A DNA stretch of 64,000 nucleotides, from IMG/VR virus record IMGVR_UViG_3300037075_000004, positions 20,146-84,145 of that record, one strand, 5' to 3'. Source of the DNA: a virus (Duplodnaviria; Caudoviricetes). The notes under the pieces are model-generated. The model ran no database searches. It was not told where the DNA came from and worked only from the letters and a program-made list of their open reading frames with translations. The position numbers were made by a program, and so were the translations under genes. This document shows, one piece after another, positions 36,673 through 45,763 of the stretch; the stretch's first letter is position 1; every line of letters begins with the position of its first letter.

Positions 36673-37786
36673 GATAGTTTTATTAGACCTCTTTAGCGGG
36701 ATTGGCGGATTCTCTCTGGGCTTGGAACAGGCGGGATTTAAAATTACCAGACACTACTATTCAGAAATTGACAAACACGCTATAGCAATCTATAAATATC
36801 AATTTAAAAACTCAACTTATGCCGGATCAGTTACAGATTTGGACGGAAGAACAATTACCCGACCAAACATTATCACTTTCGGATCGCCTTGCCAAGATTT
36901 CAGCGTGGCTGGAAAACGAGCAGGGTTGGAAGGACAAAGAAGTAGTCTTATCGGGCAAGCCATACGACTTATTACCGAGTGCAAACCTAACCTTTTTATC
37001 TGGGAAAATGTTAAAGGAGTCTTTTCCTCAAACTCTGGCGAGGACTTTTGGGCAGTTATCCAAGCCCTTGCCAACATTGGGGGTTATAGACTTGAGTGGC
37101 AACTGCTTAATACAGCATGGTTTCTACCCCAAAATAGAGAGCGGATATACCTTATCGGACATCTTGCAGAATCCAAGCGAGGTTTCGGACAAGTATTTCC
37201 TTTCATCGAATGTAGTGGAGCGAATGATGGAAATACAAATACATTAACGGGTGTTCAAAAGGATAATCTCATAGTGTGTGATTGGCGTGATGATGAGGGA
37301 TTACGGATAAGGGATGATGGTAATTCACCCACAATAAACGCCAGAGCAAGAGAAGATAAATATGGAGTACCTATGGTTATTAGCCATTATGGTCACAAAA
37401 ATAAAGACCCGCAAGAGTCTGAAATATCTCCTACTCTTAAAGCTAATAGTCACGGACACGAACCAATGACTGTGCATAATATGTTACCACAAAGTGGCAA
37501 TCCCAGAGACGGAGGAACTGGGCATTTAACCAAAAATGATGGAACAACATACTGTCTTGATACTGGTAATACCAATGGGATAGAACAAAATAGACGTATC
37601 CGCAGACTAACTCCCATAGAATGTGAAAGATTACAAGGGTTTCCAGATGGATGGACTGAATATGGAAATTATGATGGTGTTGTTAAAAAAGTTGCCAACA
37701 CACAACGGTACAAGACTCTGGGTAATGCGATAACGGTTAGGGTAATGGAGGAAATAGGCAAAAAACTATTGAACCTCCTAAAGTAA
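36653..37786 (+). CDS. DNA cytosine-5 methyltransferase
   Basis: LDLFSGIGG, FGSPCQDFS, WENVKG, PQNRERIY, RRLTPIECERLQGFPD, YKTLGNA. Confidence 0.95.
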   Translation: MSKMNNKIVLLDLFSGIGGFSLGLEQAGFKITRHYYSEIDKHAIAIYKYQFKNSTYAGSVTDLDGRTITRPNIITFGSPCQDFSVAGKRAGLEGQRSSLIGQAIRLITECKPNLFIWENVKGVFSSNSGEDFWAVIQALANIGGYRLEWQLLNTAWFLPQNRERIYLIGHLAESKRGFGQVFPFIECSGANDGNTNTLTGVQKDNLIVCDWRDDEGLRIRDDGNSPTINARAREDKYGVPMVISHYGHKNKDPQESEISPTLKANSHGHEPMTVHNMLPQSGNPRDGGTGHLTKNDGTTYCLDTGNTNGIEQNRRIRRLTPIECERLQGFPDGWTEYGNYDGVVKKVANTQRYKTLGNAITVRVMEEIGKKLLNLLK

Positions 37787-37856
37787 ATATTTTCCCCTAA
37801 AAACTTGTTTTTCTCAATAATAGATTATATATTTGTCAAAATAACTTTAGTGGGCG

Positions 37857-38147
37857 ATGAAAAAGATAACAAAGAAACAGATCAGACAAATTAAGTGGGG
37901 CAATCATGCCGTGCTAATGGAATGTATAACCTTCCTATTGGACTCTTTTAACGAAGATATGTTCGGGGAGGGATATAAGAGTTGCCTGTCGGATATGAGC
38001 GTTCAAAGTCAACGTCTCGCAGGGTATATAATAAAACATACATCACAAACTTCTAAAGATAAAGAAAAACCCATTAAATTTTTTTATACCCCAGAAAACC
38101 TACAAGAGTTAATAGAAGAATATTTCAGAGAGGCATTAAATGAATAA
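37857..38147 (+). CDS. hypothetical protein
   Basis: 96 aa; TATATTTG box at 37828-37835. Confidence 0.6.
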   Translation: MKKITKKQIRQIKWGNHAVLMECITFLLDSFNEDMFGEGYKSCLSDMSVQSQRLAGYIIKHTSQTSKDKEKPIKFFYTPENLQELIEEYFREALNE

Positions 38148-38592
38148 CCAATCTACCATTACTGGCACTATCTTCGCCATAAACCGCAGGGAGGTGCCGG
38201 ACAAGAAGAATAAGAACAATGGCAAGCCGTGGTTGTTTACGAGCATAATAATCGAGACCGATCACCCAAACCGCCAGAGCAAGACCTTTCCTGAGTTTGA
38301 ACTGGGTACTAAGGCCACGCCCGATGACTACGCGGTAGGCGACCAGGTAGAGATCACTTATTATTTGGAAGGGGAAGAGAGGAGCTGGGACGGCAAGGAC
38401 GGGCAAAAGCAGACTAAAAACTTTACCAAGATAAAGGCTATGTACATAAAACATCCCGATACTAATACCATCAGCGAGGTAGGTAATGACACGGCAACAG
38501 ACAAGAGGAGAAAAGCGAAGGCCGACCAGAGTTATTCTAATCCCCTTCTTGACGGTATAGGAGAGGAAGAGGGAGGGGATGCACCTTTTTAA
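38140..38592 (+). CDS. DUF3127-like single-stranded DNA-binding protein
   Basis: OB-fold pattern (ITGTI...VGDQVEITYYLEG..W...FTKIKA), acidic tail ending DAPF. Confidence 0.7.
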   Translation: MNNQSTITGTIFAINRREVPDKKNKNNGKPWLFTSIIIETDHPNRQSKTFPEFELGTKATPDDYAVGDQVEITYYLEGEERSWDGKDGQKQTKNFTKIKAMYIKHPDTNTISEVGNDTATDKRRKAKADQSYSNPLLDGIGEEEGGDAPF

Positions 38593-38823
38593 ACCACTAA
38601 ACATGAGAATGGATATAACAATACAAGGCAGGCAGTCGGATATGAGGTGGGGTGACCAACAGCGCACCCGCAGGTGCCTCAGCGTCCTCCGCGCCATAGG
38701 CTTCGATATCAACTTAAATTTCACAGGGGTATCCGAAGATGACGACTCCGACTTTACGCGCCCCGCACTCGATGGTGAGTGCCCCATAACCGGTCGTAAA
38801 CGCCAACCTGCCGGCTATTCTCT

Positions 38824-38846
38824 GCCCCGATAAGGGGCTTTTTTAT
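38824..38846 (+). terminator. intrinsic terminator
   Basis: GCCCC-GATAA-GGGGC followed by TTTTTTATT. Confidence 0.75.
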
Positions 38847-39328
38847 TGTGGATTGCTATTTTTTTGCTCTATCCGCCCGTGTTTTCCCGCCTTTTGAGGC
38901 ATTTTCCACTAAACCTATGCGAAAATATTGCTATTTATAAGGTAATCTCCTCCCAAATATACAATAAGCACTAATCCTTATATATGCCAAATTTGCCACC
39001 AAAGATGCGATTTAAGACATTATGGTATTTAGGTGATGAATACCACCACAAACAAAAGATCGTGTCTGAAATCGCTTAATTATGCCCCCGAACGGGATAT
39101 AATACATATGGGGTGATATGAAACAAAAAGATATGCTGAGGGTGAACGATAATATTATGGGGCTATCGTTTATTTTCCCGGTCTTTTTTGTCGGACCCCG
39201 TACCCTGTCAAAAGAATTCTTTTTGATCCCTGGAACATAAAAAACAATGTATTTTGGCCTGTATGATCTAATAAAACAACAACACAAAGCGCTGATTTGC
39301 AGGGGTGTAAATACAATTTCATATAATA

Positions 39329-39356
39329 GGTTAACATAATAAATGTTATAAGCAAA
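39329..39356 (-). other. dif-like XerC/XerD recombination site
   Basis: Minus strand TTTGCTTATAA-CATTTA-TTATGTTAACC versus E. coli dif GGTGCGCATAA-TGTATA-TTATGTTAAAT (7/11 and 9/11 arm matches, 6-bp spacer). Confidence 0.65.
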
Positions 39357-39799
39357 CAAACTAATTGATTAGTTAAATGGTTTATTGTTAGCTTGTATTG
39401 TGCCTGGTTCGCGGGCTGCATGAGGGACAAAAACAGAAGCGAGTTAAAAAAACGACTAGCATAACATAATTCTATTTCATCTAGCATAAGCCAATACAAT
39501 CTAATAATATCAATCAATCTGCATTAATGTACTCTAATTGCCTTATTTGGCCGTTTGGTTGCGTTCTGCTGGATGATCCTGGCAATAATAGTATTATTCT
39601 ATCATTTATATATAGTAAGAGATTATAGGGTTTAGGAATAACTTTAGCGGGTTTTATGGTTTATATCAATGATTTGAGTGACATATATCACTTTTTTTCT
39701 TCTTTCTTGTCAATTTGGTGAAAACAGTTGTTAAAATATTTGTTTTAGCCGGTTTGAGTGTTGTATATTTGCTTCATAAACCAATTAAATGACAAACCA

Positions 39800-39901
39800 A
39801 TGAGAACACAGAGAACCAGTAAAGGATTTGCAGTACTAATTACTATTTATTTAGCTATTAGTGTGCTATATGTGATAATCAGTACTTTAGGCGGTTTTTG
39901 A
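39800..39901 (+). CDS. 33-aa single-TM peptide
   Basis: MRTQRTSKGFAVLITIYLAISVLYVIISTLGGF; directly after the TATATTTG box at 39764-39771. Confidence 0.45.
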   Translation: MRTQRTSKGFAVLITIYLAISVLYVIISTLGGF

Positions 39902-39926
39902 GTATTAACTATAAAAAATTAAGAAA

Positions 39927-40136
39927 ATGAAAAGATTTATTATTCATGCAGATCAGAAATTTGCAGTTTGGCAGGCAAATATATTTATTATTGATGCCGA
40001 AAACAAAGAGGACGCAATAAACAAACTTAAGGGAAACCCTTCTGAATATTGCGTTGATACTGAATCCCTGGTTAATACCGAGGAGTTTATCGAAACGGAT
40101 TTTAAAGAAAATTTTGAAATTGAGGAAGAAAAATAA
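39927..40136 (+). CDS. small acidic hypothetical protein (early region)
   Basis: 69 aa, A-rich leader. Confidence 0.6.
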   Translation: MKRFIIHADQKFAVWQANIFIIDAENKEDAINKLKGNPSEYCVDTESLVNTEEFIETDFKENFEIEEEK

Positions 40137-40206
40137 AATCCGTTATATTTTTCTGAGGCTTGTGACTGTAACAAATAATAACACAAACCATTTAATAAAT
40201 AAACCG

Positions 40207-40539
40207 ATGAAAACAATTAAAATTAAAACTATTGATGTGACCGCTTATGACTGGTTTGACAAAGTTAACGGTAATTCTTACTTTGCCGGAACAGTCTGTA
40301 TTAATTTTGGCATGAAAAACCAAGTTAATTTAACCATGCCTTTTCAATATGGTTACGGTTCGCATTATGAAACGAAAGCGATGAATACCTTAATTAAAGA
40401 AGGATTTATTAAAGACGCAGAATCTTATAACTCTGGCGGGGCTGAATCCTTGTGGCGCTATTGCGAACGCAAAGCAATAATTTACCGGCACGCAAAACAC
40501 GAGAATTGCAGGCAAAGAGATTTAAAGGCAATTAAATAA
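40207..40539 (+). CDS. hypothetical protein (early region)
   Basis: Likely start MKTIKIKTID at 40207, in frame with track ORF 40054-40539. Confidence 0.65.
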   Translation: MKTIKIKTIDVTAYDWFDKVNGNSYFAGTVCINFGMKNQVNLTMPFQYGYGSHYETKAMNTLIKEGFIKDAESYNSGGAESLWRYCERKAIIYRHAKHENCRQRDLKAIK

Positions 40540-40568
40540 TATTGGTTTGTTTTTATGGTTTGTTTTTT

Positions 40569-40600
40569 CTTTAGCGGGCTTGCAATATAACCCGCTAAAG
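40569..40600. repeat. inverted pair of the CTTTAGCGGG decamer
   Basis: CTTTAGCGGG (40569-40578), 12 nt, CCCGCTAAAG (40591-40600); intergenic. Confidence 0.9.
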
Positions 40601-40719
40601 ATTAACAAATTAACTTAAAATCTTAATACTATGTTACCATATATTTTAATATTATTTTGTTTCACTTGTTTAGTGATGATAATTTTACCAGTTATTAAAC
40701 CTTTTAATAAGACAAAACT

Positions 40720-41088
40720 ATGAAAACAGAATTTAAACACACAAAAGGAGAATGGAAAGTATTTATGGGTAACTATGGGACGTTTTGTTCTATTAATACC
40801 AGTACAACGTGTCGGGTTGCTGAAATACATGTACCTAAGAATATAAATGATAAACACTCTGGCCGGGCACCAATAAGCGAGGCAAGTGCAAACGCTTATT
40901 TAATAGCAGCCGCACCCGATCTATTAAATGCCTTAGATAATTTTATAGAGGCAATAGACGCAATAACCGGCAAAGAGGGGAGAAAATACATGGAAAGGGG
41001 ACGACTAGCCGCCTATGATAGCCTAAAGGCAAGTTTAACCTATAAGGTGGGTTTGAATGCAATAAATAAGGCACTAAACCTAAAATAA
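40720..41088 (+). CDS. hypothetical protein
   Basis: 122 aa; HTKGEW...ANAYLIAAAPDLL motif common in phage early proteins. Confidence 0.75.
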   Translation: MKTEFKHTKGEWKVFMGNYGTFCSINTSTTCRVAEIHVPKNINDKHSGRAPISEASANAYLIAAAPDLLNALDNFIEAIDAITGKEGRKYMERGRLAAYDSLKASLTYKVGLNAINKALNLK

Positions 41089-41437
41089 AGCGTTTTAAGA
41101 CATTATTGCCCGCTAGAGCTATAAACTACTAGCTAGTATATAAAACTGTCTTAAATCGAATAAAAAGGGCATTTCAGACCGTATTATTCACTAATATTGA
41201 TATTACTATGAAATATTCAAAACAATTCCGGCAAAAGTTTATAGATAAAGCCAATCCTGATATAATAATAGAAATAAATGAAGAAAATATGTTAGGGTTA
41301 AATATTAGCTTTAGCAGGTTTTACAGACTATACCAGGAAAAACACCGGCTAAAGTATGGGAAAGAACTAACTGCCGATTAAAAAGCAGAATATCGAGACT
41401 AAAAAGTAAATATTTATTAACTTAAAAAACAAAGAAA

Positions 41438-41620
41438 ATGAAGACAAAAACTGTAACAAAAACCGGATGGTGGACATTAAGTTGGAATCCGACAAGTGAC
41501 CCCGAAATAACAGAACTAGATGAGTGCACCCTTGAGCATATTGTGGAATGCATCAAACAGGGCTATAATAATGGCGAAATAATACAAGAAGAAACCATTT
41601 ACGTGGAGTGTAATTCATAA
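41438..41620 (+). CDS. hypothetical protein
   Basis: 60 aa, AAACAAAGAAAATG leader. Confidence 0.55.
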   Translation: MKTKTVTKTGWWTLSWNPTSDPEITELDECTLEHIVECIKQGYNNGEIIQEETIYVECNS

Positions 41621-41804
41621 AAGCCCGCTAAAGACTAAAAAGTAAACTCAAAAACTTAATTACGAAAACACAACTTTGTTCATTAGAAAAGAATTGCAGA
41701 CTTGCAACAATATGTTACATAATCTTATGTATTATAGGGTTAGTACTTTTGCGGGTGTGCTAGATTAAAAAGCATTTTATTATTAACCTATAAATTATGA
41801 AATT

Positions 41805-42020
41805 ATGAAAACAATCGTGGCATTGTGCCTATACTTCGCAGGGAAACAATTTGCAGTATCGGAATTTATTGATGAGGACACCATCACGGCCGGATATGGC
41901 AAATTGTCTGGTATTGGTGTGTTTAAATATCCACTCCCTCGGTGGGTAATTAAAAAACACTATCATACTACTTCCTGGGATACATATATGCACGACTATT
42001 TTATGGGCGATACCCACTAA
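41805..42020 (+). CDS. hypothetical protein
   Basis: 71-aa ORF. Confidence 0.5.
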   Translation: MKTIVALCLYFAGKQFAVSEFIDEDTITAGYGKLSGIGVFKYPLPRWVIKKHYHTTSWDTYMHDYFMGDTH

Positions 42021-42062
42021 AGTATAAATTCTATCTTTGTAACTATTCTAAATAAGAATAAT

Positions 42063-42329
42063 ATGAAAAAAGACTTTTTAGCATATATGGCATTCTTTAT
42101 GGCTCTAGCGGGGAATGGTATTAGTCCGTTTAGCTTAAGCAAAAAAGAAGAGTATCAACACTTGACCGATGATGAAAAACGGGATTTGGAGGAACGGGTA
42201 ATGGAAAAATACAAAAAAGTGATGATTAAAAAGGGCTTATCTGAATTTACTATTGATGGCATTACCGTACTAGCCTTAAACAGAAAAAACGCCCAAAGAA
42301 AAATTGATAAACTAAAATTAAGATTATGA
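42063..42329 (+). CDS. hypothetical protein
   Basis: 88 aa; TATCTTTG box at 42032-42039. Confidence 0.6.
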   Translation: MKKDFLAYMAFFMALAGNGISPFSLSKKEEYQHLTDDEKRDLEERVMEKYKKVMIKKGLSEFTIDGITVLALNRKNAQRKIDKLKLRL

Positions 42330-42769
42330 AGAGGATTTTATTAATGTGCATATTATGTACAGCCACTTTAGCGGGGCTTTGTCCTGAAAGAAAAGCGCTG
42401 TTCATTGAAAAATGTTATCCGATAGTGCATATATCTTATATCCGAATCGGGAGCCTCCTTAAAAAGCATAAAATATGGTACTCCGATATAGCGAAGGCGC
42501 AGATAAAACTCGAAACAGGGAGGTTAAAAAGCAAAATTTGTATAGAAAATAGAAACTTGTTTGGGATGAGATATGCCCCGCAAAGAAAGACTACGGCAAC
42601 CGGCCAAAGATATAACCATGCTATTTATAGTACATTTGAAAAATCTATTGAAGACTATAAACTTTGGCAAGCATTGTATTATAAAGGTGGGGATTATTAT
42701 ACTTTTCTATGCCGAATGGGATATGCACAAGACAGAAATTATATTAAAAAACTTCGGGCAATAAAATAA
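42326..42769 (+). CDS. glucosaminidase-domain peptidoglycan hydrolase with N-terminal hydrophobic leader
   Basis: AQIKLETG...NLFGMR...YSTFEKSIEDY...GYAQDRNYIKKL. Confidence 0.8.
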   Translation: MKRILLMCILCTATLAGLCPERKALFIEKCYPIVHISYIRIGSLLKKHKIWYSDIAKAQIKLETGRLKSKICIENRNLFGMRYAPQRKTTATGQRYNHAIYSTFEKSIEDYKLWQALYYKGGDYYTFLCRMGYAQDRNYIKKLRAIK

Positions 42770-42832
42770 TTAAGGAAACATTAGGAAATCTCAAAAACTT
42801 GATTTACATTTGAACCATTAAAAAACAAGATT

Positions 42833-43891
42833 ATGAAAACAAAGAAAGAGGAAGTGACCGTTGGCGTGAAGGGTTTTGATAAAGACCTAAAGTGCCGTGG
42901 CTTTCAATACGAGGAAGGGGAAACATACAAAACGGGCAAAAAACCAATCCGTTGTACCGAGAACGGTTTTCACTTTTGCGAGAACCCTATAGATGTATTT
43001 GGGTATTACCCGCCTTCCAATAGCAGATACCACGCCGTGGAGGGATTTGGAGAAAAAAGCACAGACGAAAGCGACAGCAAGATTGCGGTATCAAAAATCA
43101 AAATAGGCGCGGCAATAAGTCTTTTTGATATGATTAAATTGGGTGTCGAGTGCATCTTAAAAAGAGTTAATTTCAAGGATGCTGCGGCTACCAATACCGG
43201 CGACCGTAGTGCGGCTACCAATACCGGCGACCGTAGTGCAGCTACCAATACCGGCAGCCGTAGTGCGGCTACCAATACCGGCGACCAGAGTGCGGCTACC
43301 AATACCGGCTACCAGAGTGCGGCTACCAATACCGGCGACCAGAGTGCGGCTACCAATACCGGCGACCAGAGTGCGGCTACCAATACCGGCGACCAGAGTG
43401 CGGCTACCAATACCGGCTACCAGAGTGCGGCTACCAATACCGGCGACCAGAGTGCGGCTACCAATACCGGCGACCAGAGTGCGGCTACCAATACCGGCTA
43501 CCAGAGTGCGGCTACCAATACCGGCTACCAGAGTGCGGCTACCAATACCGGCTACCAGAGTGCGGCTACCAATACCGGCTACCAGAGTGCAGCTACCAAT
43601 ACCGGCTACCAGAGTGCAGCTACCAATACCGGCGACCAGAGTGCGGCTACCAATACCGGCTACCAGAGTGCAGCATCTGTTGAAGGCAAGGAATCCATTG
43701 CTTGTGGTTTAGGAATTGAAAATAAAGCTAAGGCATCTTTGGGATCGTGGATTGTTTTGACCGAATGGGGGCAGGGCGACAACGGGGGATGGCATATCAA
43801 ATCATTAAAATCTGCTAAAATTGATGGCAGGAAATTAAAGGCCGATGTTTGGTATGAATTGAAGAATGGTAAATTTGTTGAAGTTAAATAA
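42833..43891 (+). CDS. phage protein with SAATNTG(D/Y)Q nonapeptide repeats
   Basis: N-terminal KGFDKDLKCRGFQYE domain, 18 repeats, C-terminal IDG...KADVWYELKNG; TACATTTG box at 42805-42812. Confidence 0.85.
   Translation: MKTKKEEVTVGVKGFDKDLKCRGFQYEEGETYKTGKKPIRCTENGFHFCENPIDVFGYYPPSNSRYHAVEGFGEKSTDESDSKIAVSKIKIGAAISLFDMIKLGVECILKRVNFKDAAATNTGDRSAATNTGDRSAATNTGSRSAATNTGDQSAATNTGYQSAATNTGDQSAATNTGDQSAATNTGDQSAATNTGYQSAATNTGDQSAATNTGDQSAATNTGYQSAATNTGYQSAATNTGYQSAATNTGYQSAATNTGYQSAATNTGDQSAATNTGYQSAASVEGKESIACGLGIENKAKASLGSWIVLTEWGQGDNGGWHIKSLKSAKIDGRKLKADVWYELKNGKFVEVK
43181..43666 (+). repeat. 18 x 27-bp coding tandem repeat
   Basis: Unit AGTGCGGCTACCAATACCGGC(GAC/TAC)CAG, nearly identical at DNA level. 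Confidence 0.95.
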
Positions 43892-44052
43892 TCCTATTAT
43901 GATACCACAAAAACCATTTTCTGTACGAACCGAGGATTTAAAGATATTCCTTGAGAATCTAAGGGCTTTTGGCGGCTCGCTAAAGGAACCCTATCTCTGT
44001 GATAGTGCTCAAACATTATTAGATTATCTCTTTGGGGAGGAGCCAATAATGG

Positions 44053-44313
44053 ATGCATTTACAAAGTTTACCGAGAATAACATTAAATTTATGTGATATG
44101 GAGGATTTAATATATAAGGCTGTTGTGAATTGTGCTAATTATTTTACGACAACCGGAGGGTGGAAAACCGGACAAGTGTGGGAGGATTTTAGAACATACC
44201 GTCAAATGGCGGAAGATGTTGCAAAAGAGTTAACCACTATGGGCTATAAAATAGTCCCTGCCGAACCCCCGCAAGAGGATAAATCACTTTATGCTGACGA
44301 TCATGGAGAATGA
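44053..44313 (+). CDS. hypothetical protein
   Basis: Likely start MEDLIYKAVV at about 44098. Confidence 0.5.
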   Translation: MHLQSLPRITLNLCDMEDLIYKAVVNCANYFTTTGGWKTGQVWEDFRTYRQMAEDVAKELTTMGYKIVPAEPPQEDKSLYADDHGE

Positions 44314-44439
44314 TGAGGTAAAAGAAGTAAAGAGGGGCTGTGGTACCTTATTTATTTGGGTTGTAGCTCTTGCGGGTCTCTGTGCCGGATGCTATTGCTT
44401 TGCCTGGCTGATAATGAGTATCTTAAGCCTGATAATGAA

Positions 44440-44799
44440 ATGAAAGACCTACTGAAAGACGAGATCGCCGTTCTCCGTGGCATGTTACAACATCGCGAAA
44501 GATGGTATTTGGATATTTCTGTATCAGAAGAATGCGAAGAGCTTAAGGCGGTTGCCGAAAAAGCAAAAAGCAATGCAGATAAAAAACTATCATCTATGAG
44601 TGCCGGAGACCTGCTAAAGCACTATACCGAATGGTCTTCCAATCTACTCCCCGTAACAGTTATTAAAGGGGATGCGGATGAAAAGCATTATGACAATTTC
44701 CTTTCCGATCTTGCCTATCTTTTAGGGGAAAAATCCCTCAAGGGTAATGAAAAGAAACTATTTCAGGAATCATGTAACCTATTTATTAAATTTATATGA
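44440..44799 (+). CDS. hypothetical protein
   Basis: Likely start MKDLLKDE at 44440; the track's upstream extension overlaps a separate short TM ORF. Confidence 0.55.
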   Translation: MKDLLKDEIAVLRGMLQHRERWYLDISVSEECEELKAVAEKAKSNADKKLSSMSAGDLLKHYTEWSSNLLPVTVIKGDADEKHYDNFLSDLAYLLGEKSLKGNEKKLFQESCNLFIKFI

Positions 44800-45167
44800 G
44801 TTCTGATCTTCATATTAACTATTCATTCCATTTGCTTTTCCGAGCGCTCAAGAGTTCCCGCAAGAGACATAAGCTCACTATAAACATGATGTTAATTATC
44901 AATTCAGCATATCTTTATCAGAAATACCTTGGCACGGCCTTCAGTCAAAAAGCACTAACCGAGTTTACAACCTACTATCCCTATAACAAGATAGGCGCAT
45001 TAATGAAAGGACTGATAGAAAAAGAGTGTATCGAGGAATGCGAGGTGATAAACAAGCATAAATATTACCGACTCACGCCAAAGGGAATAGATATAGCAGA
45101 ACATATAAGCGAAGGATATGAAGAGTGTCTTATTAATTTCTGCAATAAGTACGGGGTAATTCTATGA
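44796..45167 (+). CDS. MarR-like winged-helix DNA-binding protein
   Basis: ...LIEKECIE...YYRLTPKGIDI wing motif. Confidence 0.6.
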   Translation: MSSDLHINYSFHLLFRALKSSRKRHKLTINMMLIINSAYLYQKYLGTAFSQKALTEFTTYYPYNKIGALMKGLIEKECIEECEVINKHKYYRLTPKGIDIAEHISEGYEECLINFCNKYGVIL

Positions 45168-45706
45168 AAATCTGTTCTGAACCTGGATGTGAGAGAGATT
45201 GCTTTGGCGGGTCGTATTGCCGATATCATCAATACCGGCGTCATATGCAGGGGGGAGATTTGCAAAATAAGCACAAAAAGAAGCGATCTGAGCCACTTTC
45301 TCGCAAAAGTAAGGTTAAGATACCGCCCGAGAGCAAAACTCGTTCTAAAGAAAGGATTTCCTACTTAAAACAGATAAAAATGTTTTGGGAGGAATCAGTA
45401 GATAATAAGACAGATTTCTGTTTCTTTTGCGGGGAACATATGGGAAAACGAGATAATGTCCACCATATGAAGGGCAGGATCGGGGATTATTACCTCGACA
45501 AAAATTGGTGGGTGAATTGCCACAACGAATGCCACCTGTCTTACCACCATCTTTCGGTAGACATACTTGAAAAGCAAAGCTGGTATGGCGATTTTTTGAC
45601 CCGACTAAAGCTAAAAGATGAAAATCTATGGGCTAAACAGGTTGAAAAGAAACTTAAAACCATAAATCCTCAGTTATTTGATTTGGATGAAGAAAATAAT
45701 GACTAA
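45164..45706 (+). CDS. HNH-type nuclease with N-terminal Cys/His finger
   Basis: CSEPGC...C.YH; CFFCG...VHH...NCHNECH. Confidence 0.65.
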   Translation: MKICSEPGCERDCFGGSYCRYHQYRRHMQGGDLQNKHKKKRSEPLSRKSKVKIPPESKTRSKERISYLKQIKMFWEESVDNKTDFCFFCGEHMGKRDNVHHMKGRIGDYYLDKNWWVNCHNECHLSYHHLSVDILEKQSWYGDFLTRLKLKDENLWAKQVEKKLKTINPQLFDLDEENND

Positions 45707-45763
45707 ATAATTTGCATATCTCAAAAACACTTCATACATTTACATCACTAAAAAACAAGAAAA

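Noticed and set aside
38125-38833. ORFs 38125-38787 (-) and 38579-38833 (+)
   Set aside because: The first is antisense to the SSB-like gene; the second runs into the terminator hairpin and has no recognisable features. Neither is supported enough to call.
41710-41740. Second dif-like site (ACATAATCTTATGT)
   Set aside because: The spacing between the ATAA and TTATG half-sites is 2 or 9 bp, not 6.
43181-43666. CRISPR array or DGR template
   Set aside because: The repeats are contiguous with no spacers and lie in frame in a protein; no cas or reverse transcriptase gene is in the window.
43006-43712. ORFs 43179-43712 (+) and 43006-43302 (-) with VRLPIPATR / VAALRSPVL repeats
   Set aside because: Alternative-frame shadows of the 27-bp repeat.
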